Origin: Eledone cirrhosa
Lineage: Eukaryota
DNA length: 64,000 bases
Assembly: GCA_964016885.1 (NCBI GenBank)
Contig: OZ024742.1
Location: forward strand, 201,004,001-201,068,000
Direction of reading: 5' to 3'
In this document: positions 1-12,451 of the stretch, piece by piece
Layout of the letters: every line of letters begins with the position of its first letter
How positions within the stretch are numbered: the stretch's first letter is position 1
Translations under genes and position numbers: made by a program
Notes under the pieces: generated by a model
Database searches by the model: none
What the model was told of the DNA's origin: nothing
What the model saw: only the letters and a program-made list of their open reading frames with translations

Positions 1-555
1 TTATCCTCCACTAATCCCCTATAGAATGTCGAAGTGGAGTCTCCTCTGATTGCCGTTTCCGCTTGGTAGAGGGCTGTGAGCGCCTATAGGCACTCGAGGT
101 GCCAGGCTCCCATTTTCGGTCTTCGCTTGACGCAGAACTGCAGCTCTGTTAGTGAGACGAGTTGTGGAAGAGCTTGTCTTACAAATGACAGCCACACCGG
201 TTCACCGGTCAGGAATACCTGGAGATGGCGTAGCCTCAGCGCGTGTTTGCGTATCATCAGCCACGGCCTGCCCAGCGCTCCGTTAGAAGGGTATTGACAG
301 CAGATGGATCTCCTCAACAATGGAGCCTATTTCTTTAAGAGGAACTTGAAGAGTAGGCGTTCCATTTTGGTAAGATATTCGCGGGGGCAAGGCACGACTG
401 TCAAGCGGTAGTAGATGTTTGCTCTCAGCCCACTTCTGGGTGAGTGGAAACACCTTCGCCGTGACCTCGTTCCAGTTCTTGTCCACCTGGAGGTCTGGAC
501 CAAACCAGACCCCGAGCAATTTCACTGGTCCTTCCGTCCAGTGCCCAACGACACT
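1..555 (-). mobile_element. Degenerate LINE fragment (L1/Tx1-like RT C-terminal region)
   Basis: Minus-strand peptides KLLGVWFGPDLQVDKNWNEV and LRRSICCQYPSNGALGRPWLMIRKHALRL resemble the post-RT 'KYLGV' region and the 'P..GGLG' region of L1/Tx1 ORF2; frameshifted. Confidence 0.55.
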
Positions 556-806
556 GTAGGTGTAGATAGATAGATCGATAGATAGGTAGAGAGATATACA
601 GAAAGATCAATATATAAATATTGGATATATATCTAAATAGATAGATAGATTTATAGATAGTTAGATAGATATAGGTAAATAAATAGATCGATAGATTAAT
701 ACACAGATATACAGGTACATAGAAGGATAAACATATAATAGACAAGTAAATATATCTATCTATCCATCCATCTATCTACCTACCTATATACATACACACA
801 CTCACT

Positions 807-838
<32 letters not shown>

Positions 839-1334
839 TATATATATATAGACATACAAACTTATAAATACATATAGATACGAGACAAGATAACAAACCG
901 TGGGCGTTAACAGGCGTCGTACGTGTATACACTGTGTTAAGGTCTTATTAGACCGTTCTCCCCAATCGTTAGTAGGGTTGCAGAAGCAACACTGCTTATA
1001 CGAGTGACCTATCTAACTGTAATGGAGATAGGGAGGAGACGAGGATCATCTGAATTAGAGCAGATGTAAAATTGGAATCAATAGAAGATGGTTTGTTTAG
1101 AAAACATTTAAGTTTCATGTGATTTCTTCTTGTCTCAAATTACGTCTTTATCTGCAGTTTGTTTTAACATTTAACGTTATATATACTATAAGACTAGACA
1201 TTTTATGTAGTTAGTCGTTACATACACTCACCCAAACAAAAGTAATAATTATATAGAGCCTCAGCGTCAATTTGACATTATTTAAACGAGTAGGTCTATG
1301 AAGCAATATGTATGTATTGGTGTATGTCTGTACG

Positions 1335-1424
<90 letters not shown>

Positions 1425-1503
1425 ATCAAGGAATGCACGAGCAAGAGAAATTTAAAGTAAAAGATATTTATACTCACGTCAATTTTCCCTTATTGCATTT
1501 TTA

Positions 1504-1562
<59 letters not shown>

Positions 1563-1694
1563 ATTATATATATATCCATATATACATATATCTATTAAAC
1601 TAACCGATTGGGAGTTTATTATAAATTGAAGTTAAATCCAACAAGTACATGTGTTTTTCCTGGCAGCATGACCCACCAAAAGTATAACTGCATA

Positions 1695-1771
<77 letters not shown>

Positions 1772-1776
<5 letters not shown>

Positions 1777-2292
1777 AAAGAATAGAGGTGTAACACACAA
1801 GTTATTATATATTGGTAAACGGAATAGAAAATGCTGACAAATTGTTCACAGTTGAAAAATGGTTTAATTAGGAATAAAAGAGTATTAGTGATTGTATGGG
1901 TTAGTATTCAGTAGTGGTTTTAAGTTTTTAAGTTTTTACCGGTTGCGCATTTCTAAATGCTTTTCAAAAATAATTTTGAGATAGAGTGTCCGTGCTGTTT
2001 GCTCTGATCTGATTAGTTTTGGGAATTCTACCTGTTTTTATGTTAAAAAAGTGGCTCCAGCGTTATTTTTGTGTTGCAAAAATGCTTGTGGTCAAAACAA
2101 TTTTGATTGGTCGGTAGAGGTCATGTGAATGTAAAAAGTTGATTTTGCGCCAAGACTGTTTTTATGTTAAAATGTTAAAAAAGTGGCTCCAGCAAAAATT
2201 ATTGGTCAAAACAATTTTGATTGGTCGGTAGAGGTCATGTGGATAAAAAATTCGTTTTGCGCCAAGATTGAGAAATGACTCTTTCACAACAA

Positions 2293-2365
<73 letters not shown>

Positions 2366-2604
2366 TGTGTGTGTAGTAGTAGTAGTAAGGTGTTCGATGC
2401 TGCAACAATGGCCAGCAGCGATGTGTGTCAAATGGCTATTAAGATAAGTGTGTGTGTGTGTGTGTGTGTATATATAGCAGAGTCATTCGAAGGTCAAAAG
2501 TTATTTTTCAGCTTTTGTCTTATACGGAGAAGTGCGTGTGTGTGTGTGTGTGTGTGTGTATAAGTCTCTTTGTATGTTGATGTACGCGTGTGTATGTGTT
2601 TGTG

Positions 2605-2636
<32 letters not shown>

Positions 2637-4223
2637 GGTGGACCAGTATTTTTTTCCCCCTGGTGTACATTATTCGATTTTTTCAGTAAAATCGGTTCTC
2701 TTAATAGAACATCAAAAATCTTAACAATAAAAGGTGTGAAATGATATTCACTATATATATATACACATACACATATTCACTACATATATATATATATATA
2801 TACATATATACATACATATATATGCACATATATTTTTTTGTATTGCACCATAGAGCATGTGTGTTTACGTGTGTCATTGTGTTTATATGTGGGTAGAGAT
2901 GTGTGCTGATGTAGGTATGTATGTTGACGTGTGTATGTTGTGGGTTCGTCTTAGGGAGAAGTGTTTAGACGGGGTCCGTATTTGTTAATGAAGTAAGATT
3001 CCTTGCTGATGCGCTGGGTGTGGGTGGCATTATCTTTAAATTTGTAGAGGGGAATGATTCTGAAGTTGGGATGATTTTGGGCGGCACAGGTATCAATGTG
3101 TTCACTCAGTGGTATTTTCCTGTATTCCCGTATTTTAATTTGGGATCTATGGACAGTCATGCGTTGGCGGAGGCTGTTTTTGGTCTGGCCTATGTATTGT
3201 TCTCGACAACCTGAACAAGTTAATACATATATTAGATTTTCTGATGCACATGTGAAATTGTGTTTTACTATAAAACGTTGTCCATCTTTGAAATAGAATT
3301 CCGAACCCTCTATTAGGTTGATGCAAATGCCACAGTTGGGTCTATCGCATTTTTTTACTGTTGGTTTCGTTGTTATGGTTGGCAGTACTTTGGCATGTGT
3401 TAGGATGTTTTTCATTGACTTGGATTGTCTTTTGCTCTTTATGATATCGTGTGTTCGTAGAATTTGGTTCATTCTATGGTCCTTTTTCAATACAGGGATG
3501 TTCTGGAGGATGGTGTCAAAGGCCTCATTGTTGAGGGGGTTGTGTGTGGAGATGTATGGAAGAGCTTTTAGTTTTGGTTGATTTACTTTAGGGTGTCTAA
3601 GGTCCTGGGTACTGAGTTTTAGGGCACGTTGGATTCCATTGTCAATTAGTGATGCAGGGTAGTCCCTGCCTATGAGTGTGTCCTTTAGTTCTTGTAGCCG
3701 TAAGTAGCAGATGTTTTTATTGGAGACTATAGTACAGATTCTCTTGGCTAAGTTGTAGGGAATATTAATTTTAACGTGTCTAGGGTGGCAAGAGTTGAAG
3801 GGGAGGTATTGCTTGGAGTCTGTGGGCTTGTAGTATATGTCTGTTTCTATTTTTTTGTTATGGATCTTAATGAGGATGTCGAGGAAGGGGAGTCATTTCT
3901 CAATCTTGGCGCAAAACCAATTTTTTATCCACATGACCTCTACCGACCAATCAAAATTGTTTTGACCAATAATTTTTGCTGGAGCCACTTTTTTAACATA
4001 AAAACAGGTAGAATTCCCAAAACTAATCAGATCAGAGCAAACAGCACGGACACTCTATCTCAAAATTATTTTTGAAAAGCATTTAGAAATGCGCAACCGG
4101 TAAAAACTTAAAAACTTAAAACCACAACTGAATACTAACCCATACAATCACTAATACTCTTTTATTCCTAATTAAACCATTTTTCAACTGTGAACAATTT
4201 GTCAGCATTTTCTATTCCGTTTA

Positions 4224-4228
<5 letters not shown>
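1772..4228 (-). mobile_element. 5'-truncated Penelope-like element (Neptune-type) with an inverted copy of its 3' end, in (TA)n
   Basis: 3890-4228 is the reverse complement of sequence within ~1810-2281, which also carries an internal partial duplication; an RT-thumb/GIY-YIG frame lies between; both outer ends abut (TA)n. Confidence 0.85.
2951..3889 (-). pseudogene. PLE RT thumb + Cys linker + GIY-YIG endonuclease (5'-truncated, frame open)
   Basis: Frame of ORF 2951-3490 stays open to 3889: PFLDILIKIHNKKIETDIYYKPTDSKQYLPFNSCHPRHVKINIPYNLAKRIC...KCDRPNCGIC...NLIYVLTCSGCREQYIGQTKNSLRQRMTVH...E...YGPRLN. The CxxxxCxxC linker is typical of Neptune-clade PLEs. Confidence 0.9.
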
Positions 4229-4305
<77 letters not shown>

Positions 4306-4337
4306 CTCTCTCTATATCTCTCTCTCTCTCTCTCTCA

Positions 4338-4411
<74 letters not shown>

Positions 4412-4464
4412 ATAATAAATGTGAAGACTAAAATCCGAAGAGAGCTCCATAAGGATTATATATA

Positions 4465-5085
4465 TCTCAGAAAGATGTTCGGTATCAAGTGGCAGATGCA
4501 TGTGAGTGAGGTCCTTGAGAGAAGTGAGTGTCGGAGCACTGAGAGTATCATGCACCAACGGCTTTTGCGATGGGTCGGACACTTCTGAAAAATGGAGGAT
4601 GATCGAATTCCAAAACAACTCTTGTATGGTGAACTTCGTGAGGGTAGGAGACCAGCTCACAAGCCAAGGCTCCGATTCAAGGATTGTGTAAAGGACTCAT
4701 TGAAAAAAAAACTGGTTTGATGATGGCTGACTGGGAGATAGAAGCTCTTGAAAGAGAAACTTGACATGGAATGGTGAATGATGGGTCCATAATTTTGAGG
4801 CCAGGCGCATAGAACACGAGAAGATCAAACGGTCGGTGTCTCCATTGAATTGAAGTGCCCTGAGTGTGGAAAACTTTGCTCGACGAAACCAGTGAACTAT
4901 GATCTCCACAGTATTGTGAGGGTTCACAGGCAAACTGATGCAAGACCTGAGGCCAGGGAGATCCATAGTTGTTGTGAATGTGGGATGGTGTGCAAACCTC
5001 TAGCAGGCTTGAAAAGCCATCTCCGAACGTCACACATCTGAATCTGACAAGCAATTGCAATACTCTCAGCAGAGTTTGCAACCGT
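4465..5085 (+). mobile_element. RTE-clade LINE 3' fragment with C-terminal C2H2 zinc finger
   Basis: [10 protein letters not shown]...[44 protein letters not shown]...CCECGMVCKPLAGLKSHLRTSH; stops and frameshifts. Confidence 0.85.
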
Positions 5086-5088
5086 CAC

Positions 5089-5225
<137 letters not shown>

Positions 5226-5249
5226 TACACACATATATATATTAAAATC

Positions 5250-5465
5250 GCAGATTAAAGTTTAAGCAAATAATCGCTGCTTTCACCCTTAACGGGATCT
5301 TCTGAAACTGAAAGAACCAACGTATCATTTTCCTATTTTCCTTTGGTTGTAACTTTTAAAAAAAATATTTACTTCTGCGGCCACAGATTGTTTTCTTTCA
5401 GTTTCAGATGATCTCGTTAAGGGTGAAAGCACTGATTCTTTGCTTAAACTTTAACTTTAATCTGT
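5250..5465. mobile_element. Short inverted insert of the 'CAGAAGA' hammerhead family
   Basis: ~5251-5316 is the reverse complement of ~5393-5464; HHR-like motif in each arm; further copies at 5902-6185, 24915-25028, 26360-26520 and 46061-46137. Confidence 0.75.
5259..5309 (-). ncRNA. Type I hammerhead-like motif with U4A core
   Basis: Minus strand: agttt CAGAAGA tccc-gttaa-gggt GAAA gca-gcgattatt-tgc TT aaact; stems I, II and III all pair; CUU triplet. Confidence 0.6.
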
Positions 5466-5555
5466 TATTTTAATAAATATTTGCTCTATGGCTTTATGTA
5501 TTTTGATATATATTATCCTTATCAAGCCTTCTTTCGATTTTAGTCTTCGCATTTA

Positions 5556-5655
<100 letters not shown>

Positions 5656-5658
5656 ATA

Positions 5659-5713
<55 letters not shown>

Positions 5714-5901
5714 TTTAGTATATCTACTAACATATGCGTACAGATGTACGCTAATGCCAGCAAATACATAAGTTATGTCATAGTACCTAGGTGGTTCAAT
5801 GCAGGAGGATGCAGAACAATAATATGAAGGACGTAAAATAAGAAAATAAAAAAAAAAGATTTATATATATAAATCCGTAGGGCAAATATTTATTATAAGA
5901 A

Positions 5902-6184
5902 CAGATTAAAGTTTAAGGTAAGAATCGCTGCTTACACCCTTAATGGGATCTTCTTCTGAAACTGAAAGAAAGCAATCTGTGGCCGCAGAATTAAATATTT
6001 CAAAATACGTTACAACCGAAGGTAAACAGGAAGATGATATGTTGGTTCGTGAAGACGTTCTCTGGCGATTGTAACGTCTTTTGAAATATTTACTACTGCG
6101 TCCACAGATTGATTTCTTTCAGTTTCAGAAATATACCGTCAAGGGTGAAAGCAGCGATTCTTTGCTTAAACTTTAATCTGTTCG

Positions 6185-6185
<1 letters not shown>
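5902..6185. mobile_element. Second inverted insert of the 'CAGAAGA' HHR family
   Basis: Arms ~5902-6015 and ~6070-6185 are reverse complements and homologous to 5250-5465. Confidence 0.7.
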
Positions 6186-6232
<47 letters not shown>

Positions 6233-7119
6233 TTTCTCAACGCAGTAAATCAACTTGCTTCGGGAAACTCCGAGCGTGTACCTAAGAAGTCATTCGCCAG
6301 TTTGCCATGGATTTCATACATTATAGTATATATAAATATAGCCCAGCATGGCTTCACCCTGTCGGCTAGAACAAGTAATTGAGTAATAGAGGAATATGTA
6401 AACAAGATCGTTATTGCTTCAACCAGTCGAAAACTACCCTAAATATTCATATAATTATATTATACATACATACACTATATACATGTATATAGAACGCAAT
6501 CAAACATTGAATGCTCTATGTGTAAACAATGCAATCGGATAACAAAGCTAACAATAAAGAAAGCATGTAGTGGACAAGGCCGTCGGATTCCAAAATCGTA
6601 AAAATTACATTGTAAAAACCGAGCCTTGCATACACTCACAGGTGTATATATAACTACATACAAAGAAACTGACAGTCACACAACGGAGTCAAATTCGCCA
6701 TAACAATGATGCTCTATTTCCATTCTTTGAAAAAAAAAAAAAAATGCCTTAACCACCAAATATCATGAAACATAACTTAAAAGTGTAAATTGTTTTTTTT
6801 ATAATTGTCTTAATTTACTTAATTTTCATTTTTACTCCTTTTATTTCTAAAATGCAATGTCCTGTTTTTTTTTCCCGAAAGAAAGCTAACCCTATATTTC
6901 TCATTGTGTCATATATAAACTACATAGAAAATTATAAATATAAACCTGCTTCATTTAAGTTGATCTGCGGTAGATCAGAAACAACAACGACAACCTTTCA
7001 GTCACTTCGCAAAAATCAAGTCCTTTGATTGAAAACCCTAGAATTCTGCTTCAGGTAAGAAACTAAAAAGGCTGATCTCTCTTAAATTTGGAATCAAGTA
7101 CAAAGCATGGTCTGTATAA

Positions 7120-7192
7120 TTTCTTCTCCTCCACCTTCTCCTTCTCCTTCTGCTTCTTCTTCTTCTTCTTCTTCTTCTTCTTCTTCTTCTTC

Positions 7193-7224
<32 letters not shown>

Positions 7225-7660
7225 CTCATTCTTCTTCTTCTTCTTCTTCTTCTTCATCTTCTTCTTCTCCTTCGTCTTCTTCGACTCCTCCTCCTCCTCC
7301 CCCTCCTTCTTCCTCTCCTTCTGCTCCTCCACCTTCTCCTTCTCCTCCGCCCCCTTCTCATTCTCCTATTTCTGATTCTTCGTCTCCTTCTAGTTATTCT
7401 CCCACTCCTTCTCCCCCTCCTTCTCCTCGACCTCCTCCACCAGATCCTCATCCTCCTCCACCACCACCACCACCACCACCACCAGGTCCCCCCCCAACTC
7501 CCCCTCCGCCTCCTCATCCTCCTCCTCCTCGTCCTCCTCATCCTGCGCCTCATCCCCCTCCCCTTCCTGCTCTTTCTTCTTCTTCTACTGGTTCACAATC
7601 TTTTCCTTCTGCTTCTGCTTCGTCTTCTTCTGCTTCTTCTGCTTCTTCTTCTGTTCCTTC
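7120..7660. repeat. (CTT)n/(CCT)n/(CCA)n low-complexity tract
   Basis: Direct reading; source of the poly-S/P/R ORFs. Confidence 0.9.
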
Positions 7661-8457
7661 TTCAGTGACTTGTAACCTTGCAAGGGGAAGGAAAAGAAAA
7701 CGCAAACCCTAAACACCAAAGCCCATCAACGTCAGTGCATGATGGAACCAGGTCACACATCTCCTTTAGTCCGATCATGAAGTGCTGTGCTTAGGACCTT
7801 TAACAGAATTTCTTAAAATAGTATTATAGAACGAAGAATTAAAACAAGACTATGCCATTGTAATTATTATTTATCCCAAGGACACTCTTGATAGACGCGT
7901 TCCATTTCTGATCATCTCATTTTTAAAATTCTAGCATAAGGGATCGTTTTTAAACATTTATATGTCGATGATCCATTCCCGGTGACATCTTTGACAAATG
8001 CTATGAGTTTGTCATGGAATTTTAAGGGAAGAATATAACGCTGATTGACTTTTACCTCCCGTCTTGTTTTATATTCTATCACGAAACAATATCGTGTTAG
8101 ATAGAAAATCAATACGCATACCTGCCTGGGATCCCAGAACGTAAAGACTTGAACAAATTCTATAAAGAATTTTATACAATTCTGTAAAACTCCTTAAAAA
8201 TCTCGCACCTGATTGGTGTTTTATTTTAAAGAGCTCGCAACGGTGAAAGGAAAAAATGCCCTTGGCATACAGGAACTGAATTTAGAACGGAAATAGTTGG
8301 AGCCAAAAAAGATCATTTCGCTAAAGTATTCTGTCAATTCACCACTTAAAAGGTAGCAAGAATCACACACTTCAATGTGCCCTTCAATTTTTATGATTGA
8401 ATAAACCTCTCTACAAAGACATTTCATCTATGACAAACTTCTATTAATTATGTATGA

Positions 8458-8489
<32 letters not shown>

Positions 8490-8512
8490 CACGCACACAC
8501 GCACACACACTC

Positions 8513-8649
<137 letters not shown>

Positions 8650-8852
8650 AAACACACACACACATATATATATATATATACACCATTTATGTTATGTTGT
8701 TTACCAATGAGTAAATCTGGCGATTCCGGTTAGTAAACGATTTGATGAAATAAATTGAAGCACGCGACGTTATGCAGAATTATTCATTGTAGATGTAGTA
8801 TCCCGTGGCTGGTACAGGAACGGTGTTAAATATTCATCAACAGAAAGCCGTA

Positions 8853-9210
8853 CTGGAAACTCCTTTAACATTTTAATCCAGCAAAAACACTATACATATT
8901 TTAATGGCCAAGTTACATCATTCGATCGTGATGCAAGACTTAGATGATTTCATCAGGTGTTGATTGCTAATTCGGGGATGGTTCACCATTGCAATAATAC
9001 CAAATTGGCCAGTCCTCCCTGAACCAAATCTATCCTCTATTTTCTATACTCTGTTACTATTTGTCATAGCTATGTTGCCTTATAGAACTAATTCTCCAAT
9101 CAACACCTGATGAAATCGTCTAAGCCTTGCACCATGATCGGATGATGAAATTGGCCCCATTGAAATATATGTATTTTTGCGGAATTAAAATTTTAAAGAA
9201 AGTTTCGAGT
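8853..9210. mobile_element. Old inverted-repeat insert with a degenerate HHR
   Basis: ~8853-8970 is a diverged reverse complement of ~9096-9210; CTGATGA at 9107, atcgtc/gatgat stem II, GAAA at 9147 followed by near-palindromic ttggcc; stem I eroded. Confidence 0.55.
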
Positions 9211-9236
9211 CCATCAATCTGTTGTTTTTAAGGAAC

Positions 9237-9269
<33 letters not shown>

Positions 9270-9425
9270 GGAAAACGAAGAATCAGTGATGCAATTGTTT
9301 CCCCGGCGAACAGCTCGAGGTCCGATGTGTGTGTGGATCGAACCTGACTCTGGATTCGCAGGTTCCTTAAATACGTCTAGTGCTCAACCGGCATACCGCC
9401 TATGGACGCATCTTAGCTACCATAA

Positions 9426-9472
<47 letters not shown>

Positions 9473-9588
9473 AATTTGCTGTCGAATCGATAAGATCTCA
9501 GACGTCGGGCTTCGACGAATATTTGCACTCTACTATCCCAAGTATTGAGTACTCTGCTCAACAATGGTTTTACTAGTTAAAAACTCCC

Positions 9589-9670
<82 letters not shown>

Positions 9671-11636
9671 GATAAAGAGGGAGAGAGAGAGAGGGAGCGA
9701 AAGAAAAGTAACTTATCATGCATAAATGTTTTATATTGTATTATGGAGTGCATAATCCATCAAATAAATTAAATGTGACATTGTATAAACTTTGGTTAGC
9801 TCACTGATAACTGTTGTTGAAATAGCTGCAGGGGATATGCAGCTGATATGCTAACATGCAAGCAATTTGTGCAGCCGAATTAAGACGGTCATTAAGCTGC
9901 TTATTTCATTGGTTGAAACAGCTAAAAATACACGTGACCTTAATTGTTTTCACTAGTTAGAATGAACAAATGCGCTAACAAGAGAACCTCTACATGGTCG
10001 TTAGACCTGCTTAGTAACAAGAGGTAAATCTACCTTCACCTATTCCTTAAAATAATACACGTTGTACCATGATGTCTAGAGTACGTTGTTACAAAGAAAT
10101 TAATAGAATGACGGAATTGTCAAAATTGAAAAGTGTCTGATCATATGTCTTCTAGATCTGGTCTGATTTATGTTAGCAGGGACTCTATTTTTATCAATGT
10201 TTATATAACGACAAAATTGGTGTTATGTTTTCCTTCTATGACTCAAAAATGTGGTGATTCGGCTGCATAATTAGAGCATCAGAATATGTTTTTTTTTGTA
10301 TTCGTTCCTGTTCTACACCCTGTATTTAGCTCATGTAACTCAAGGCGTATGTAATAGTTTGTTCCTGACGAATGAACTTATCCATGAAAATCATATTTCC
10401 CCCGAGACAGCTGAGATTGAGGCGGTTGATGATCTTCATGAAAAGAAATCAATGACTGCAAAAGATACTGGACCAGGGGAAGAGGTAGGTTTGGCCATTA
10501 TAATTAATCTGAAACCTGAAGAGCAGCATACAGTATGGGGGACGAGAGGAGAGGCAAGTTAGAGGGATGACCCATGGTAGACGTGGTCAGGGGCAAGCCA
10601 GCCTGATTTGGAAATGGAGGTCATTGTGGAAGACGTATAAAAAAGCATATGAGGAGACAGAACAACTGTGACTGTCAAAAGTTAGAGTGTATTTGTAGAC
10701 AACTCAATGCCAATCCGTTGGGTGGCCATTTTCTTTTTAGTCGTGGTAAAGGAATTATGTGTAAAAGCGCATACGAGTCCTGGACACACGACCACAAAGT
10801 CGTGGATTTGATTCCCAGACAGCGTAGCAGCGGGTGAATTTGAGTAAGACGACATATCATGTTACTTCAGTGCACTAACCTGAACATGAGTCGCTGCAGC
10901 AGAAGGTAGGGATTAAAATTATGTCGAATTAACACCCTATGCAGGGGAATGTTTAACGCAAATGAAATCGGTATATGCTCTGGCCTGATGAGACTTCAAC
11001 CACGAGGAAGAATTTAACTCTACAAGGGACAAGCGTACCATCAAGGTGTGTAAGTCTTTCACGTTCAGTTGTTTAACGTCAACTTAGGGTATCAGTTTCA
11101 GCCTGATCAGATTTTAAGTATGGGATACACTTTAACTCTGCTACAGACTGGCGTGGCATCCATGGGAAAGTCTTCCACCTCCAGTCGATTAATACCAATC
11201 AAAACGGTCTCAGTACACCGCTTGTGATACTGTAAACTTGAGAAAAACATTTTTTTTCTTTTTCTGGTAACTATGACTGATATGCCTAACATACAAGCAT
11301 TCACATCAGGTGCCCTCTTTTTCAATAAATTCCCTACCTCGCTCTCTCCACATGGGACTGAACTTGATATGAGTGAAGTTAGCATTCCATACATAGATAT
11401 ATGTAGATGTCTAAAATGTGAGTCTAAGAGAGCTGAAAGAAGCGAGAATATTTCAGCAAGTGAATGTAGTTAAATAATTAATTATCTTGTTGCAAAAAAC
11501 TATATTTTTGTAGTTTCAACATTCCTAACGTAAATACATACACACAAGGGCACAAAGACACATCCATACACATACATATAAACGCAGGTACACAAAGTTA
11601 TACATAAACACACAGACACATATACATACCACACAG

Positions 11637-11671
<35 letters not shown>

Positions 11672-11985
11672 CATATATATATACACACACATATATATAT
11701 ATATATAGATGTGTGGGCATATACGTACTTATGTACGTATGTATGTACATATAGATGTATGTATGTACATACATGTGCGTCTTTGTATTATGCATATAAA
11801 CATCGCATACATACAACACTTATCAACTTAGCAAGGCTGACATCTTTTAATGCCTTCCATATGTGTTAATGCACACATACACACACACATATATATATAT
11901 AGAAAAACATATATGTATGTGTGTGTGTCTATATATATTTCTATATGTATATATATATATGAATCTATATGTATGTATATATATA

Positions 11986-12120
<135 letters not shown>

Positions 12121-12451
12121 ATAATATTTATACATATATATAGAGAAGCATTCATAGTACTCATATCAGACCGTTTCTTCTGCTATTATTTGTGTGTTGA
12201 CAGTAAATATCAAGTAGTATTGGTTCTAACAACAATTCTGGCATATAATTAGTTGAGGCGTTAGCCATTTCCTACTTGTATCTTCGTGAAGGAATGGAAC
12301 TTATTTACACTGATACAGATATTTTACTTATTCTGATGCCCGTTTTTAATCCCCTACCTATGTATGTATGCATGTATGTATGCATGTATGTATGCATGTA
12401 TGTATGTATGTTTGTATGTATGCATGTATGTATGTAAGTATGTATGTATGT

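Noticed and set aside
7107-7712. 201-aa Ser/Pro-rich (extensin-like) ORF
   Set aside because: Entirely CTT/CCT/CCA low-complexity sequence.
9310-9420. tRNA gene on the minus strand (ggttcgatcc B box)
   Set aside because: No cloverleaf or acceptor stem; at most a SINE-head remnant.
11020-11450. Possible highly decayed LINE RT
   Set aside because: Only vague motif resemblance.
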